This document shows positions 37,600 to 51,461 of a stretch of 64,000 nucleotides of DNA, one piece after another. Position 1 is the stretch's first letter. The number at the start of each line of letters is the position of its first letter. The stretch comes from Selaginella moellendorffii (Eukaryota > Plantae > Lycopodiophyta). The notes beneath the pieces were generated by a model, which made no database searches, was not told the DNA's origin, and saw only the letters and a list, made by a program, of their open reading frames with translations. The translations under genes were made by a program, and so were the position numbers. Where the stretch lies: the NCBI RefSeq assembly GCF_000143415.4, contig NW_003314300.1:1347014-1411013 (forward strand), given 5' to 3'.

Positions 37600-39200
37600 C
37601 TTCAAACTTCCAGTGGCTCCAACCGATCGAGTGCGCATGAAAGGAGGCGAGCGAAGTTACCTTACATGCTTTGGTGCGTCTCTTCACTTCCTGCAAAACA
37701 GTCCAAAGTTGGTATAACGAAACACTCGCACAATGGCGATAAGATCGGTGTGACAGTAAAACGTCTCTCACCTGCATTTCCTTGCAGACACGCTCGGTCG
37801 TGTCAGCCGAAACCCATTGACAGGGATGCTCCAGTTTCGGATGGCTTTCTTTTCACCTGTAAGTTCCACAAACCATATTAATAACAGTCTCTCTTGGTGG
37901 AAAGAAGAAGAAAACATGCACCGTCGCTTTCCGCAAGGAACCGGCTTGTACTGGGCCTTCGAAGTGCTTCCTTAGGCTCTCGCGTCAGTTGTCTTGGAGT
38001 TCAAGTTCCTAAAAAATACAGTGCTTGACTGCCAAGGCGCAATTCGATGACTAGAGCTTAGTAGCGTACCCTCGTTGAAGCGGTCGCTTCGTCATTTGCT
38101 ACGAGCTGACCTCCCTCAAGCTGTTTGGCTACAACTCCACCGTCTTTCTTTTCGGAAAGAAGATCTTGTGGTGACGTGCCTGCAAGAGTAAATATGTCCG
38201 AGACTAGAACGTTCACTCAGCCAGCCTACGACTACCCTTGAATTTCCGGTATGCTAGAGAGCTCGAAGGCTTTGCTGCTTCAGAGGACTCCAGAAACTCC
38301 ACCTGGTGTCAAACTAACAGATAAAGCGATCAGGAGGGAACACGAAGACGAAGAAAACTCTTTCGTCGGTGGAAGCTCCAAGCGTTCCTCCGCTTCCGTT
38401 GTGCTGAAGGGAAGATTCTTAACGAGGAGAGCGTGATCTCCTCCAGCATCTCCACATGGTTTTACGCCTTGCTGAGCTAATGACCGCTTCGTCTCCGAAA
38501 GGACGTGCCTTTCTCCCAGAGCAAGACGCTCGGCAACGTCCTCAGCTTCTGGATCCAGAAAACTCACGTCTGGAGATCCCATATCTTGGCCACCTGCGTC
38601 ACGCAGTGATCAAACTGTAAGAGTTGAGTCAACTCTACACACCGTATAATCTGACCAGGATTCCATGCTTGCATATTGCAGCTAGACTCCTTTTTCTTGC
38701 ACTCCCACCTCCCTCTCTTGTTTCAGGTTCATGGAACGATCTCTAGAATCCCGGAGAGGAGACATGAAATGCAGGTAAGAGTCTTCCTTGGCCCTGCATA
38801 TAACAGGGATTTAGTCCTTCAGAAAACTCAGCACCTCGTTGCTGCTTCTGGTAGAGCATTGTCACAAATCAAATGAACTTGGACAACTTCCCCATACTGG
38901 CCGAACAGGGAAACCAGTTCCTCTTCACTGGTAAGGAAAAACACGAGAAAACAAGATGAGGCTATGACGTTTGAAGAACACACTTCGTGGTGTATGCAAG
39001 GTTGCGCACGAAAAGCCTCCCGGTTACATTCTTCATTAGCAGGACGATCGACAGTACCACCTTGCTCTTGCGGCTTGGCCGTTTCCTTGTCGTCACCATT
39101 GTCACTGGCGGACAGCCACATGGCTGACACGTCGCGTAAGGAGACACGTCCGGTTCTTTTGGTGGTTGTTTCGATTTAGAGAATTCAATCTGAAGAAAAA
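37600..39200 (-). pseudogene. Fragmented RBM19/MRD1 multi-RRM gene
   Basis: GRLFVRNLAYTT, EEELVSLFGQYGEVVQVHLICD, RLALGERHVLSETKRSLAQQGV, LLVKNLPFSTT, SMGFG. Large deletions and broken frames; intron remnants retained. Confidence 0.7.
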
Positions 39201-40249
39201 CCACAACATGGTACGGTTCATCGATGACGAGGAGACGAAGACAGCAACATAGGATGCATAGACGTGCACGAGCAGCAGCACAACACATCACCAGACGCAT
39301 TAGAGCGAAGAGGATGATGGTTCAGTTGGTTAGGGTTCTTCTAAACTGGAACTCAAATGGACCGAGTGGATAGGAGTGTCTCCCAGGGAGATGGCTACTG
39401 TGATATTGTGTATGATAAGCTCTTTCAGCCAGTGTGCTCGGACTCAATCTGGACGAGAGAACGGTGAACTCCTAGCCTTATCTCCGTTGGACAATCCGGC
39501 GATTGGCTGTGCAGAAGTTCTTCAAGTAAAGAGATATTCTTTAGAAGGCCTGAATGCTGTACGTAACATTTGGTATCTTTCTGTCTTGTGTCTAGTATGT
39601 GCTTTCGAGGTCTACCAAAAGATTTGAGACATGAACGGAAGTACTCATGAAGGTGTTGCCTTTAATTGCAGCTTCAGCTTTTCTTGTAAATTAGTGGACA
39701 AATTTAACATTGAAGGGTTAAGGATTTTAAATTCACAGTGATTGTGAATTTTTACTGTTTCAAACAAGGATATAAGATTTATACATTATTTAGAATTGGA
39801 TTTACTAAAAGTAACATAACTTTTGAGACAAATGGTGTTCAGCAGTGACAATAATTTATCTCGGTTGACAAGAAGGTTTAGAAGAATAAATCAACATATA
39901 TGTAGTACTTCTCATTATCTGTATTACCCCGTGTCCTATATCACTTAATCTTGTCAAAAAACTTAAGCTCCATAGTTCAAAGTCAAACATATTTTAGATT
40001 GAGGCCACTTGTAGCTGATCAGTTGAAAGACTCTTCTGAGAGTATATTTCTTGGGATAGATTGGCTTCACAAGTACTCAATCGTTTATAGATGAAATTCT
40101 GTTAATAATAAGCTTTACAAGGCAAAAAGTTTAACCACACTGGTCAAAGCATGATGAAAAATTGTCTATGGCGCTGAGGTTTTAGGATCCATTATGATGG
40201 CATTGTAAGCAGCACTAACAGTCCTCTCAACTCTAATCTTACAGGGACG

Positions 40250-40400
40250 CATCCCCAATTGGAAACATCTAGAAAAAAAATGGCATTGTGTTAATGAGCT
40301 CCTCGGCATCATTTAAGAGCGCAGCTCCTGCAAGAACACCGATCAAGCAGCACTCGTACTGTAGTCAAAAACCACAGCTTAGCTAAAGTTTCTCGATTAC
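40250..40400 (-). pseudogene. PPR (S2/E) fragment
   Basis: YECCLIGVLAGAALLNDAEELINTMP on the minus strand. Confidence 0.55.
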
Positions 40401-41354
40401 CAGCCCAAGGTGGCAGCAAGAGATAAAAAAGCCCGGCTTGAATCCTTCTAGATTCACGACTTTAAGGAGCTGAATGGACATAGCACCATGTGGATTCTGG
40501 GCAAACAACACGATAAGAATCGTGCACCTAACGAAAGGAGCCATCAGGTCATCAAAGATTGAAGCATAAGAGCTCCTGAAGAACAGCATCATGCCCTGGT
40601 CAAATTGGTAGGCTCTCAAGTCCTCGAATTCGTCAAAGGCAATCACTTTTCCACTTGCATAGTTCGCAGAAGTTAGCCCCCTGATTTTTGTCCAAGATTT
40701 TGTGCTGTAACACGAGCATCATCTGCAATGAAGAAAACTGTTACAGCAAGCTAGAAAATGTCCAAAAGGCAATTGCTACATAGCAAGCGGAAAAAGTTCC
40801 ATACAGAAATACAGGGAGCAAATCCAGCAAGAAGCCACCAATGAGAGATCCAGTAAAACCGGGTCTTACAACCACAGGCAAACACAGACAAGCATTCAGA
40901 AAAGATCATAGACAATTCCCTCACAAGTTTACAGAACAAACAAAAGGCCTACCTAGCAGAGCCCAAGGTATCGTTGGAGGAGGCATTGTAACAGGCAAAT
41001 TAGTCAGTCTAGCTACCAACAAAAATAACGTAGAGCCCACACCAACTCCGAAGGAAACAGAAATGCATTCGAAAGAAATCAGGGAGCCAGAGCACATGTT
41101 TTCTCAACTTCCTTGAATGCAACCTTGAGATCTCGGAGGTGATCCGAGTGATCAACCTCTTTATCTTGAAGGCAAGATAAAGAAAGCATGAAAGTCGGAT
41201 CTAACGAGATCATAGTTCTCAGAAAAGATCCAGTTTATGGAACTCTATGATCGTTGTGCATGCCCAGTGCAGAGATCTTGATGGAGCACGAAAGTTCTTT
41301 GCGAGGATGAGCAGAGAGTCATAACACTTATCAACACATTGGCTGCACTGATCT

Positions 41355-41667
41355 AGCGAAAGAAACATTCGACAGAATGCCACAGCATGATGTTATAGCG
41401 TGGACTAGAATGCAGCAAACGCCCAGTGCGGTGAAACCGATCAATTACACAAGCTCTTTTAATGCCTCAAAAACACCTACAGTTTTTTTTTAATGATCGC
41501 TGCATATGCCGAACGAGGGCATGTACACCAAGAAAAGTGCAAAGTTCCAAAAGTTGTTACATGGAATTGCATTAGGACCATGCGGGTAAAATGGACACTT
41601 GGACGACGCTTGGGCATTGTTTAGATGCTGTTTATAGCCAAACATAGTGACCTGGAACGCGCTTCTA
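41355..41667 (+). pseudogene. Degenerate short-type PPR repeats
   Basis: KETFDRMPQHDVIAWT; NGHLDDAWALFRCCL*PNIVTWNALL. Confidence 0.6.
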
Positions 41668-42010
41668 AAGGTTACAGGAGTTCCGGGGGTGGGGAAGCCT
41701 ATGTTTATCTGGTATGTTATTATCGCACCACGCAAGTATAAGCACTGAGACATTTCTTCGACTCCCAGGGCTACTATTTTATCTTCAGACCGGATGGAGA
41801 GGCAGGGACTCTACCAACAAAAATTATGAACTTCAGGACGTGCTTCCAGCTAATAAATCAGAAGTACACTGGTGGTACTCCGTTGGGACACAGGGTCGTG
41901 ATATTTGCTTCTCCTGACTCTGAAAACATCAAGGAGGATACCAAGGAAGGAATGGTAATGGAGGCAATCTACGGGCTAGCAAATGAGATGACTGGAGTTG
42001 AAGAAGGCCC
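41668..42010 (+). pseudogene. Crinkler/CR-type P-loop NTPase fragment
   Basis: KVTGVPGVGKPMFIWYVI (GxPGxGK Walker A followed by F..Y), then VVIFASPD in another frame. Confidence 0.45.
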
Positions 42011-43406
42011 CTTCTCTTTGTTCAAGTTCACGCTTGTCAAAGGAACAGCTTCCAAACGTGTAGAGGTCGACTTGCCGAAAGTCAGTCCTGGAAATGGCTC
42101 CGTCAACCCTTGACACAAAGTTGTCCTTATTCAAGAGCTTAGGACTTTACCGGGGAAAACTGAGGAGGATATCATGGGCACTGTGCCACGGGTGCTATTG
42201 CAAATGTCGGCCTTGCACCTAGTAAGCAAGCCAGGATGAACTTAGTAACTTGGTAACTCTTGAAGAATTTCGCAAATCCAAAAGCCTTCTGGGCTATGCT
42301 GGATGGATTTCTCAGACATGGTTGTCCAAAACAAATGTTTCGTATTTTAAAAGTGACCAAAATATATCATTGTGAATCGCGCTAATAACTACAAAATATT
42401 TGAATAGTCACAATTTGCAAAACAAAATATGAACTATAATTATAATTTGGACCATATTAACAACTAATGTAAATGACATTTCTAACATCTTCTTTTTCAA
42501 CTAAAAAAATATGTGTATGCTTAGACAGAAAAATTTGTTGCAATTACATTTGCAACACATATAAAACCCATAGAAACTCATCTTCTTTGTTTATGATCAA
42601 AACATCTTTTCTTAAGTTGATTTAAATAACCAAGGCATGCAAAATGCCCAAACGAAGGAAGGCTTACTAATCAAGAATTTCAGTTGTATGCATCTTGCTT
42701 TTCCCATAACATTTAGAGATATATTTAAAATTTGAAAAAAATAGATAGAATCTAGATTTCTGGACTAGAAGAGATTGTTGTTGCCTAAATTCACAACTTG
42801 GGCATCTAGCCAGCATAGATGCTGCTTTATAGCTCTTTTCTCTCTTACCCCACTCATTTGCTATATATATTTTTCAAACATTTCTTGGAAAGAGAGAGGA
42901 CAATGCTGGTGGAATTTCTAAAGGCTTCTATTCACTTGACTGATAAAGCCATGAAAAGGCTCTTATTTGAACATGTGAAATGTTGCCCATTAAGTTGTGA
43001 GGCAAGCTTTATGGTAAAGATCACAGCCAAATATTCTACCTATGTAAACCAACCATTACTATACAAACTTTCTTTTGCAATAACATTTTGCAACTACTTG
43101 TCTAAAGTGGTTCATTCTATATAATAATTAACACTTAGAATAGGTAAATTTACACTTCTGATTGTACTTATGTAGCGAAAATAAAAAAAGACATAGGTGA
43201 GGTGGATAGCTCAAAATGGGGTTGTTAGCTTTTAATTTTATTATCTAGAGACAGTGGGATTTTTCATAAGTAAGTAGAAAGAAAAGAGTAGAAAGTTGAA
43301 GAACAAAAACTAAACCATAGTGTTTTTAAGCAATACTATCGAATCAGTTATATACCTAATGAGACCAAAGTTCTATAACAGCTTTGAAAGGGAAGGTAAG
43401 ATTAAA

Positions 43407-43408
<2 letters not shown>

Positions 43409-43447
<39 letters not shown>
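43409..43447. repeat. (AT)n microsatellite
   Basis: About 19 AT units seen directly. Confidence 0.95.
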
Positions 43448-43450
<3 letters not shown>

Positions 43451-46400
43451 AGGATTAGAAAAACTCCAAAATAATTATTTCTAGAAAATTTGATGAAATA
43501 ATCACATTCTTTCCTATAAAAAGCCAAAGTTACTCTTCATAATTATCAATAGCAACCTTAATTATGGAAAAATACTGTCATTGGTTAAACCATATTAAAA
43601 TTTTAAAAACATAAAGGGATAAAGAAGTAAAAATAAAAAATATTTTACTAAATTCAAAATTATATATAGATATATAAGCTTAAAACTATAAAACTCTAAA
43701 TAAAATTATATATAGCATTGCAAGGGATAATGTTCATTATCATGCACATTGCCTTGTAGTTTAAACAAAAACTTTTCCACTGATAAATTGGTCACAATAG
43801 AACTTAATATGATAGAATTTATTAATTGTTCTTGCTTCAACTATACCTCTGGATTTGTAAGATGAATTTCACATTCTCAATTTATCTTACGGTATAAGGG
43901 TAGTAGTGCCTAGTCACCAAAGTTGAGAACATTTAACTAAGTGAAATACTTTATCTAGCTTGATATTCTTGTGTGGCTTTAGAGAATCATTTAGTTCTGA
44001 AAAAAAGAAATAAATGTGATACTGTTACCTCTAGATTCATTTTAAAAGCCTTTCCTAAATCTTTAGATTTTTAAATTTACTATTTAGGAAGCAAAATCAT
44101 ATATTGGTGTCATTGAATCTAACTCCATGTTTGTTGCCTAGGGGAAAGTGAACTCTTTATATGCGAACAGGATTTTTTCTTTTAATCAAACCAAATCAAG
44201 TGTTATTATAACATGATAACTGTTAAATTATAGCTATTGTTTGGGCACCTACATAGTTTACTTAGTATACACTATATAAAATTTGTATGATAAAGGCTAC
44301 ACAAAGTACAATTTGATATGGCAAGCAACAATGGCACTAATGCATTGGAGTTTGTATAAAAGAGATTTTGCAAATTATGCTGCCCTCATAAAGATCACTT
44401 TCTTATGAGACAATTGTGATGATATCATCACAGGCAAAGAAGTCAAATTAACACAAGGTGCTGCCAATTTACCAAATTGGAAGCCACACAACAAGTGCAC
44501 TCTATCCACAATGGGTATTATCTAGGTAAGTATATTCACCTTTTTAATTTAGGTAAAAACTAGTTAGGATCCCAGCTAAGCATTTTAATAGTAATTTAAT
44601 ATTAATACATAAGATTTTATAATTAATTAAAAGCTGGTTCCTTCTATAGTTTTTTCCATCTAGCTTTACAAGTCTTTACTAAGACATACTTGACTTGAAA
44701 GAAAATGCCTATGTGACAGAAATAGAAAGTTTGAAGCGATTCTAAATTTACCATATTAAAGATGAAGTATAACAAAAACATCTACACCAAAGCTTAATGT
44801 CAAAGGAAGTTTCAAGTGTTCTAATTCAAAAGGGATAATACTCTTAACTAAGTTTGTTTCTAGTCAATATAGACAATTTAGCCAAGAGATTACATTTATG
44901 TCAAGTTTTGGCAAGTGCCAAGTTGGCTGCTTTTTTGGTGCCTATAAAGTGGTAAGGATCTATAATATATTCAACATGAGTAAGTAAATCCATGTCACTT
45001 ATAATGTTTGGACAAATAATGACTATTTGTCTCCTGAATATAAGATATACATGTATTTGAAATTCATTCACTAAATAATTGTAAGATCTTAAAATCCATT
45101 CTTGAGTGACAAGAAGTGGATGAATTTGTAACAAAAAATTGCAAAGTATACATTTTAGGAATTATCAACATGGTAAACTCTATTGTTTCATTAATTTTCT
45201 TATAAAGGAATATAAGGAATGTTATTTGGAGAGAATTGATGTTAGTGATTTAGTGTTTGACAATTTGTTTCAATTTTTTTAGTTTTTGGCTGTGGAGAAG
45301 AATGTGTTTTCAAGAATAAATGTAACATTTTACAAAATTCAGGTAACATTTGAAAGATGATAGTGCTTGAATTTGCATATTTATGAGTATAACTTGGGAA
45401 TTTGTTTTAGAACTTGGAGCATTACTTTGTAACAGACATTTTATAAAGAGGAGCTTTGTGTACAATAAATAAATTTGATTGATACCCAACATAAGCTTTA
45501 AGGTTCTTATAGTTATAGATCTAATAGTTATAATTTAATAATTTTTTTGTTAAAGTTTACTTGAATGTTTATATAAATATATATAAATATTCTTACACAC
45601 TAAGTAAATTTTGTTGGTGCCCAACACAAGCTTTGGGGTTCTGATCTTATATGCTTAGACTTGGAGTGAAGAACTAGATTATTTCTTAAAGAAATAGCTG
45701 ATTGATTATCATAGTATAAATTTTTTTAGTATGAGTGTTATCATTGTCAATACTTAACTTCACAAATTATCCATTCAAAAATTTATTCTAATTATTATAT
45801 CAATAAAAAATTGTTTAGTTCATTTTGTGCTATAGGGTTGATTAACTCTTTCTCATTATAAGAGTAGTTTTTGCTTTTTATATGAGCAATCCATTTATTT
45901 CTTATCTTCTAAATGTCTTGGTGTTGTTTTATTTGTAATTGATCTTCCATTTTGATTTGGATCAGCCAGGTATGAGCCAAGTAAAGAGTAATTCACAAGA
46001 AGCTTACTACTAATGCATGATTAATATTTTATAGAGAGTGATAAAAGAATGTTATCACAAATAGGTTTATATAATTCTTCCAAGCTTTCTAAGTATAAGA
46101 TTTTTTGCTTTAGATCATGATCAATTTTTATAATATAATTGCCTAGAAGCTAATGTTTGTTTGTATTTAAAAGTTCTTCAAACTCCTAAAAATCTTTAGT
46201 TCCTTCATAATAAATTGAAATGTTTTATGTAGAATGATCTTTCAAGTTGATTAGACCATACAACAAGCTAAAATTTTAATTTGAATTCATGATGTACAAT
46301 ATATTTTATTGGCAAGCTTAGCAATTTATTAGATGACTTAAATTGAAATATAACTAACCTTCTCAAAATAGTTTTTGTGAATTATAGTATGATATTATTG

Positions 46401-48391
46401 AAGTATTAAAAATAAAATAATTAATAACACTTAAGTTATTAACACTCAAGGAAGCTTAATTTTGAAAAAAAATATTTAGTTCATCCCTTTGTATTAGTTT
46501 TATACCTATATAAATAGAGTCATTTAGGAAATAAACTCTTCCACCAAAGCCATGAGATATACAATACAAATAATAAAATTTAAAAGCTTGAGCAATATCA
46601 CTTTCAGTAAAAATCCTATTTTGAGAACTCCACCCATGTACTCTCATAATAATTTTATAACTTCTTCTTTGTATTGCATAAACATATTCATAAGGCTAAT
46701 TTGCTTATTGTAAAGTTAATTGTTATATAGACTCACATACAAAACCCATGGAAGCGTATTTTCATGGCCCACTCAAACTAAGTAAGATTATAATAAGAAT
46801 TTTATTTAAATATATGGTGCCCATTAACAGAAGCTTTTGACATATATTTAGATTATATTTTTTATTTAGAGCCGTCAAAGTTGCCACACATTTAATTAAC
46901 AATTGTTTAAGAACTGCTATAACTCTCGCAATGAAATGTGGTTAAAATTGAAGGATAAGTATTAGGTTAAATCGGAGAAGCACGCAAGCGCCTGGCCCCC
47001 ACAGCGCGGCAGACAAGAATTCACATCAATCAATGCATCTCCTCCTCCAGCCCGCAATGCCGCCTCCAACAATCGTCCGGAAAGAAGAAAGAAAGGAAGA
47101 GCAAAGCTTTATCCTCGGCATAGCGCGCACCACTTTACCCTTTTTTCTATCCCGGGGGAGTTAAGCAGTACATTGGCCCCTACTTGATTGATCGATCCAA
47201 TTTTCTTCTCCAGGCAAAATGGATGGAATCTAGATTGCTGGAGCGTAGCACCGAGCGGTGATTGTTGTCGCCCAAATTCCCAACTTGGGCAGCCAGCCAG
47301 GAATCCCAGCAGCTCCAATTGCGCTGCTCGACAGCTCTCTTATCTCACTCTTTTTGCCCATTCCTCTCAAAAGAGAAAAGTGAAAAAAGAGAGCCCGGAT
47401 AAAGGAGAGCTCCCGGTTGGCTGCGCTGCTTGCAAGTGGAGAATCTCAGAAGTTCTGCCATATCGGCAGCTTCCTCTTACCGGAATTTGGATTGACACAC
47501 AATCAATCCATCCAGATTTCACTGGAACAATGCCAATCAATCAGTCGACCTCTCTCAGGATCTCCCAATTCGAAAATTTGCCGTCGCGACCCAAGAGCAG
47601 CAATTGCGAAAGAGGACGAGAGAGAAGTGAATCTCTCGTTTGTTTTTCTTTCTACCCTCTTCGATTCTTTTCTCGATTCGCTCCAGGAGAAGATCGCCCC
47701 CTTCCAGGAGAGCACTCTGTTTTTGTACTCGATGTGTTCTTTCTTCCCACCTTTTCGTTTCGCGCAAACTGTGCCAAGCCGCGATTTTGGGCCATAAAGA
47801 CGCCGTCTTAGCGATTGATGGTACGCACTGCATTGATTGATTTCCAGTCTCTCTCTTTTTTCTTTTGCGCCTCTCCCCCAAAATTTCCCCTTTTTCCCAC
47901 CATAGCTGGGAAGAACAGCCAGTACGAACGAACACCAACAAGAACGAACAGAGCTTTTGTTTTCTTTCGGATTCTTTTCTCCTTTAAAAAAAAAAAACCC
48001 TCTTTCTCCTCTTTTCAGGCCAATATATTTTACTTGTTTTCTTCTTTTTTTTCTTGCTTGGCTAGAGCTGTAGGTGTAGACCTGACTTCTCCCTGTGTGC
48101 TCTTCCTCTCCTCTCTCGCAAGAAACTCCAGAAATTCATGAGGAACAAGACAACAGTGGCAACAGCAACGCCATCGCCATCTCCTGCTGCTCCTGCGCCT
48201 CGGCCGTTTTACTACTCCTAATCCAATTCCAATCGATCCATTCCAATTCCACTCCTCCTAAAGAACGAAGAAAAAAACTAGTTTTTGCGAGATCTTATAG
48301 AACCCAATGGAGAGTGTTGCGAGAGTAATCTAGTCCCAGGAGAGAATTCTTAGCGAGGAAGAAGAAAAGGAGTTCTTTTTCGTGCGCTAGA

Positions 48392-48426
48392 ACTCTCTCC
48401 CTCCCTCTCTCTCTCTCTCTCTCTCT
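48392..48426 (+). repeat. (CT)n/CT-rich tract upstream of the response regulator
   Basis: Seen directly; GAGA-element-like. Confidence 0.7.
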
Positions 48427-48827
48427 GTGTGTGGCTCGCTCGCTCGCTCGCTCGCCCAAATCCTCCATCCATGCTTTCTTTCCTCCTCTCTTTCTTGCCG
48501 GGCGAATCGAAAACGCCCTCGCTCGCGGGGGCTCTCGCGTGTGGATTTTTCGTGATTGGGAGTTTCCAAAAGAGATCGTCCAGTTCTCGCCATTGGCGCC
48601 CTAAAATTCAGTAGGAGAGAGTGCGAGAGCTCTCCGCGATCGTCTTGTGGGTCGTTGTCAAATGCCTGGATCCACTCTCTTTCCTTGCATTCCCGGGCTT
48701 GTTCTTGAGATGGGGGTGTTGGGTCTTCTTCTTCTCCTCACGAGCTCCGTCCGATAGACAGACAAAGATCGCCGCACCCTTTGCTCGTGTTCTTCTTTCT
48801 CTCTCTTGTTCTTGCGGGAGGACAAAG

Positions 48828-51220
48828 ATGGTGGGCGTGGACAAGACTGGGATCGCAATGCCGCAAGCCAAGGATTTGGGCAAATTCCCAGCGGGTCTCC
48901 GAGTCTTGGCCGTGGACGATGATCCAACTTGTCTCAGGATCCTCGCGCAGATGCTCCGAAAATGCTCCTACGAAGGTAAGCTTCTTCCTTTCGTTTGATC
49001 ATAGCTTTTTCTCGCTTTCATGCTTGGATTTGTGTGATTTTTTCTTCCGCTTTTCATGCTTGCGTTCGTGTCGCGCCTACGTTTTGTATAGTTTTTTTTT
49101 TCTTTTTTTTCTTTTTTCTTTCCATTGGGTGGCATAGAACTGTCCATAGCTCCAGCGGAATCCTTGTAGCTGCGATCTTTTTTGACGTAGAATTGTCGAA
49201 GCGTGGTGTTCTTCACAGATTTGCTCTAATGTTTGTTTTGGACTTGCTACAGTTACCATGTGTACGAGAGCCACCGAAGCGCTGTCGTTACTCCGCGAGA
49301 ACAAGGACAGATTCGACTTGATGATCAGCGATGTCTTCATGCCGGACATGGACGGCTTCAAACTCCTTGAGTACGTTGGCTTGGAGATGGACCTCCCGGT
49401 GATCAGTAAGTTCTTCCTCCAAAGCTCCTGGAACTCGCAAATGAGATGAGAGGACATACAACTTGACAAAGCTCTGACCTTTGCAGTGACGTCCTCGAAC
49501 GGAGAAACCGGCATTGTGATGAAGGGTGTCATCCACGGGGCCTGCGATTACCTCATCAAGCCGGTCAGGACGGAGGAGCTCCGGAACATCTGGCAGCATG
49601 TCGTCCGGAAGAAACGCAACGAAGCTCGGGACGTGGAGGCCTCTGGCAGCGTCGAAGATGGCGGCGAGAGAAATCACCACCACCATCACCAGCAGCAGCA
49701 GCATCACTCCTCCCAGCAGCAAAGGCGAGCTTCGACCATCGACGAGGGAGAGTTTAACTCCGATGGTGGCGGCGGTGGCGATCCAAACTGGAAGCTGGCC
49801 AAGCGGAGGAAAGACGATGGCGACGAGACCGCTGAGCATGACAACGATGACTCTTCCACGTTGAAGAAGCAGCGCGTCGTCTGGTCGGTGGAGCTCCACC
49901 AGCAGTTTGTCAATGCCGTGAACCAGCTCGGGATTGATAGTAAGTTCCTCGGTCTTCTCTTAGTTCTTCTCGGCCTTGCTCACGAAGCTTGGTTTTTTGG
50001 CAGAAGCTGTGCCGAAGAAGATTCTGGAGAGTATGAGCGTCCATGGCCTCACTCGCGAGAACGTTGCCAGCCATCTCCAGGTACTCGACTCTTCCGGTTC
50101 TTGGTCTTTAGCTCGTCGCCACTATCGACCAGCTTGCATAGTTTCAGTCACGTAGTTCCTTTTCCGAGTCTTTAGATGTCCAGCTCGTCGTCGAGAGAAG
50201 ATAGCTTCTTGGTTGCGAGAGTTGCGAGAGAGTTGGAGCTGAGCTCCAAATCCATGACGAGGTTGTAGCTCGGCTTTGCCTCGCGTTCTCACACTTGCGC
50301 TCTTGCAGAAGTACCGGCTCTACTTGAGGAGGCTGAGTGGTGTCCAGCCTCAAGGCTCTGGAGCAAACGGCCACGCCGTCACCTTTTGCTCGCCTGCGGA
50401 AGCTTCCTTTGCAGCTCTCAACGCGCTCGGCGAAATGAGAACACTACCACCCTCGGCACAGTTCCAAAACTCGTCCCCCACTGCGCTCGCATCTATCCAA
50501 GGCAACCTCGGAAGAACAGGGGCAGCAGCACCAGCAGCAACTTTGGTGGATCACTCGGTGTTGATGCAGCTCTCGGGAGCGTCGCCGGTTGCGTCTCAAG
50601 GTGGATGTAGATACTTCAGTAGCCGGCCCCAAGCAGCGGCCGCCACCACCGTCGTCCCACCGCCGCTCATGAGCATTCCAAGCCGGGTGTCCCTGGATGG
50701 CTTAGAACAGGTCTCTCCAAGGAGTCCGGTGGACGAGTTTGCTCTTCACCAGTACGCCTTGGCTAACTCCTCCAATCGCAGTAACAGCAGTAGTTTGATG
50801 ATCCAGCAGCAGCAAAACGGCGATCATCCGTTTGTGACTTCTCCGTCCGCTTCTTCTTATAGCTCGGACCACCGGCACCACCATGCTCTTCCTTTCTTCG
50901 CCAAGAGCAGCGAGCAACTCGGCGGTGGATTGCTTAACTTTCAGCAGCAGCAGCAAACTTGTAGTGCCAGTAGTCGCGGCTTTGGATCGAGGATGGCCAG
51001 CTTGAGCTTGCAGGGTCAGCACGATGGATCCGTCTTTGGAGTCTTGCCAGCCAGATTCGCAGCGGAGCCAGGAACCAGCAGGCCTTACGTTGCTACCGCT
51101 GCCAGTGACCATCGTTTCACGGACCAGGCGATGGTGGTGGATCCTGTAAAGGTTGAGGGTGGTAGCGGTAGCGCTAACCAGGATGATCTCTTCAGCATAT
51201 TTTTGAAGCAGGCGAGCTGA
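48828..51220 (+). CDS. Type-B response regulator (cytokinin signalling; receiver plus GARP/Myb), multi-exon
   Basis: [67 protein letters not shown]|KYRLYLRRL, then a Q/S-rich tail. Confidence 0.95.
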
Positions 51221-51461
51221 GAGCGCGATCGTCCGAATGTGTATGTAATAAACAAGGAAGAGTTTGCCAGAAAAAAATGTTGTTATATTTATAGAAGCGA
51301 GATAGTGAACTTGCTTAGCTTTACTTCGGCTGCTTCTTGCTTGTCTTTGAGGTGCTCGAGGAGTCGTCCAATCTGTGAAATGCAAATCGTTTAGTTTTCC
51401 AAATGATCCATTCATCTGTTTTCCCTCTCTTTCTTCACCTCAAAACGAAGAAAGAATCACA

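Noticed and set aside
47400-47790. Partial resemblance to miR319 (gagctccc) and miR536 (gtgccaagc) sequences
   Set aside because: Only 8-9 nt matches and no complementary hairpin arm found.
47188-47811. 207-aa ORF upstream of the response regulator
   Set aside because: Non-ATG start, low-complexity Phe/Ser content from CT tracts, no recognisable domain.
50702-51415. 237-aa antisense ORF in the response regulator tail
   Set aside because: Shadow of a low-complexity Q/S-rich exon.
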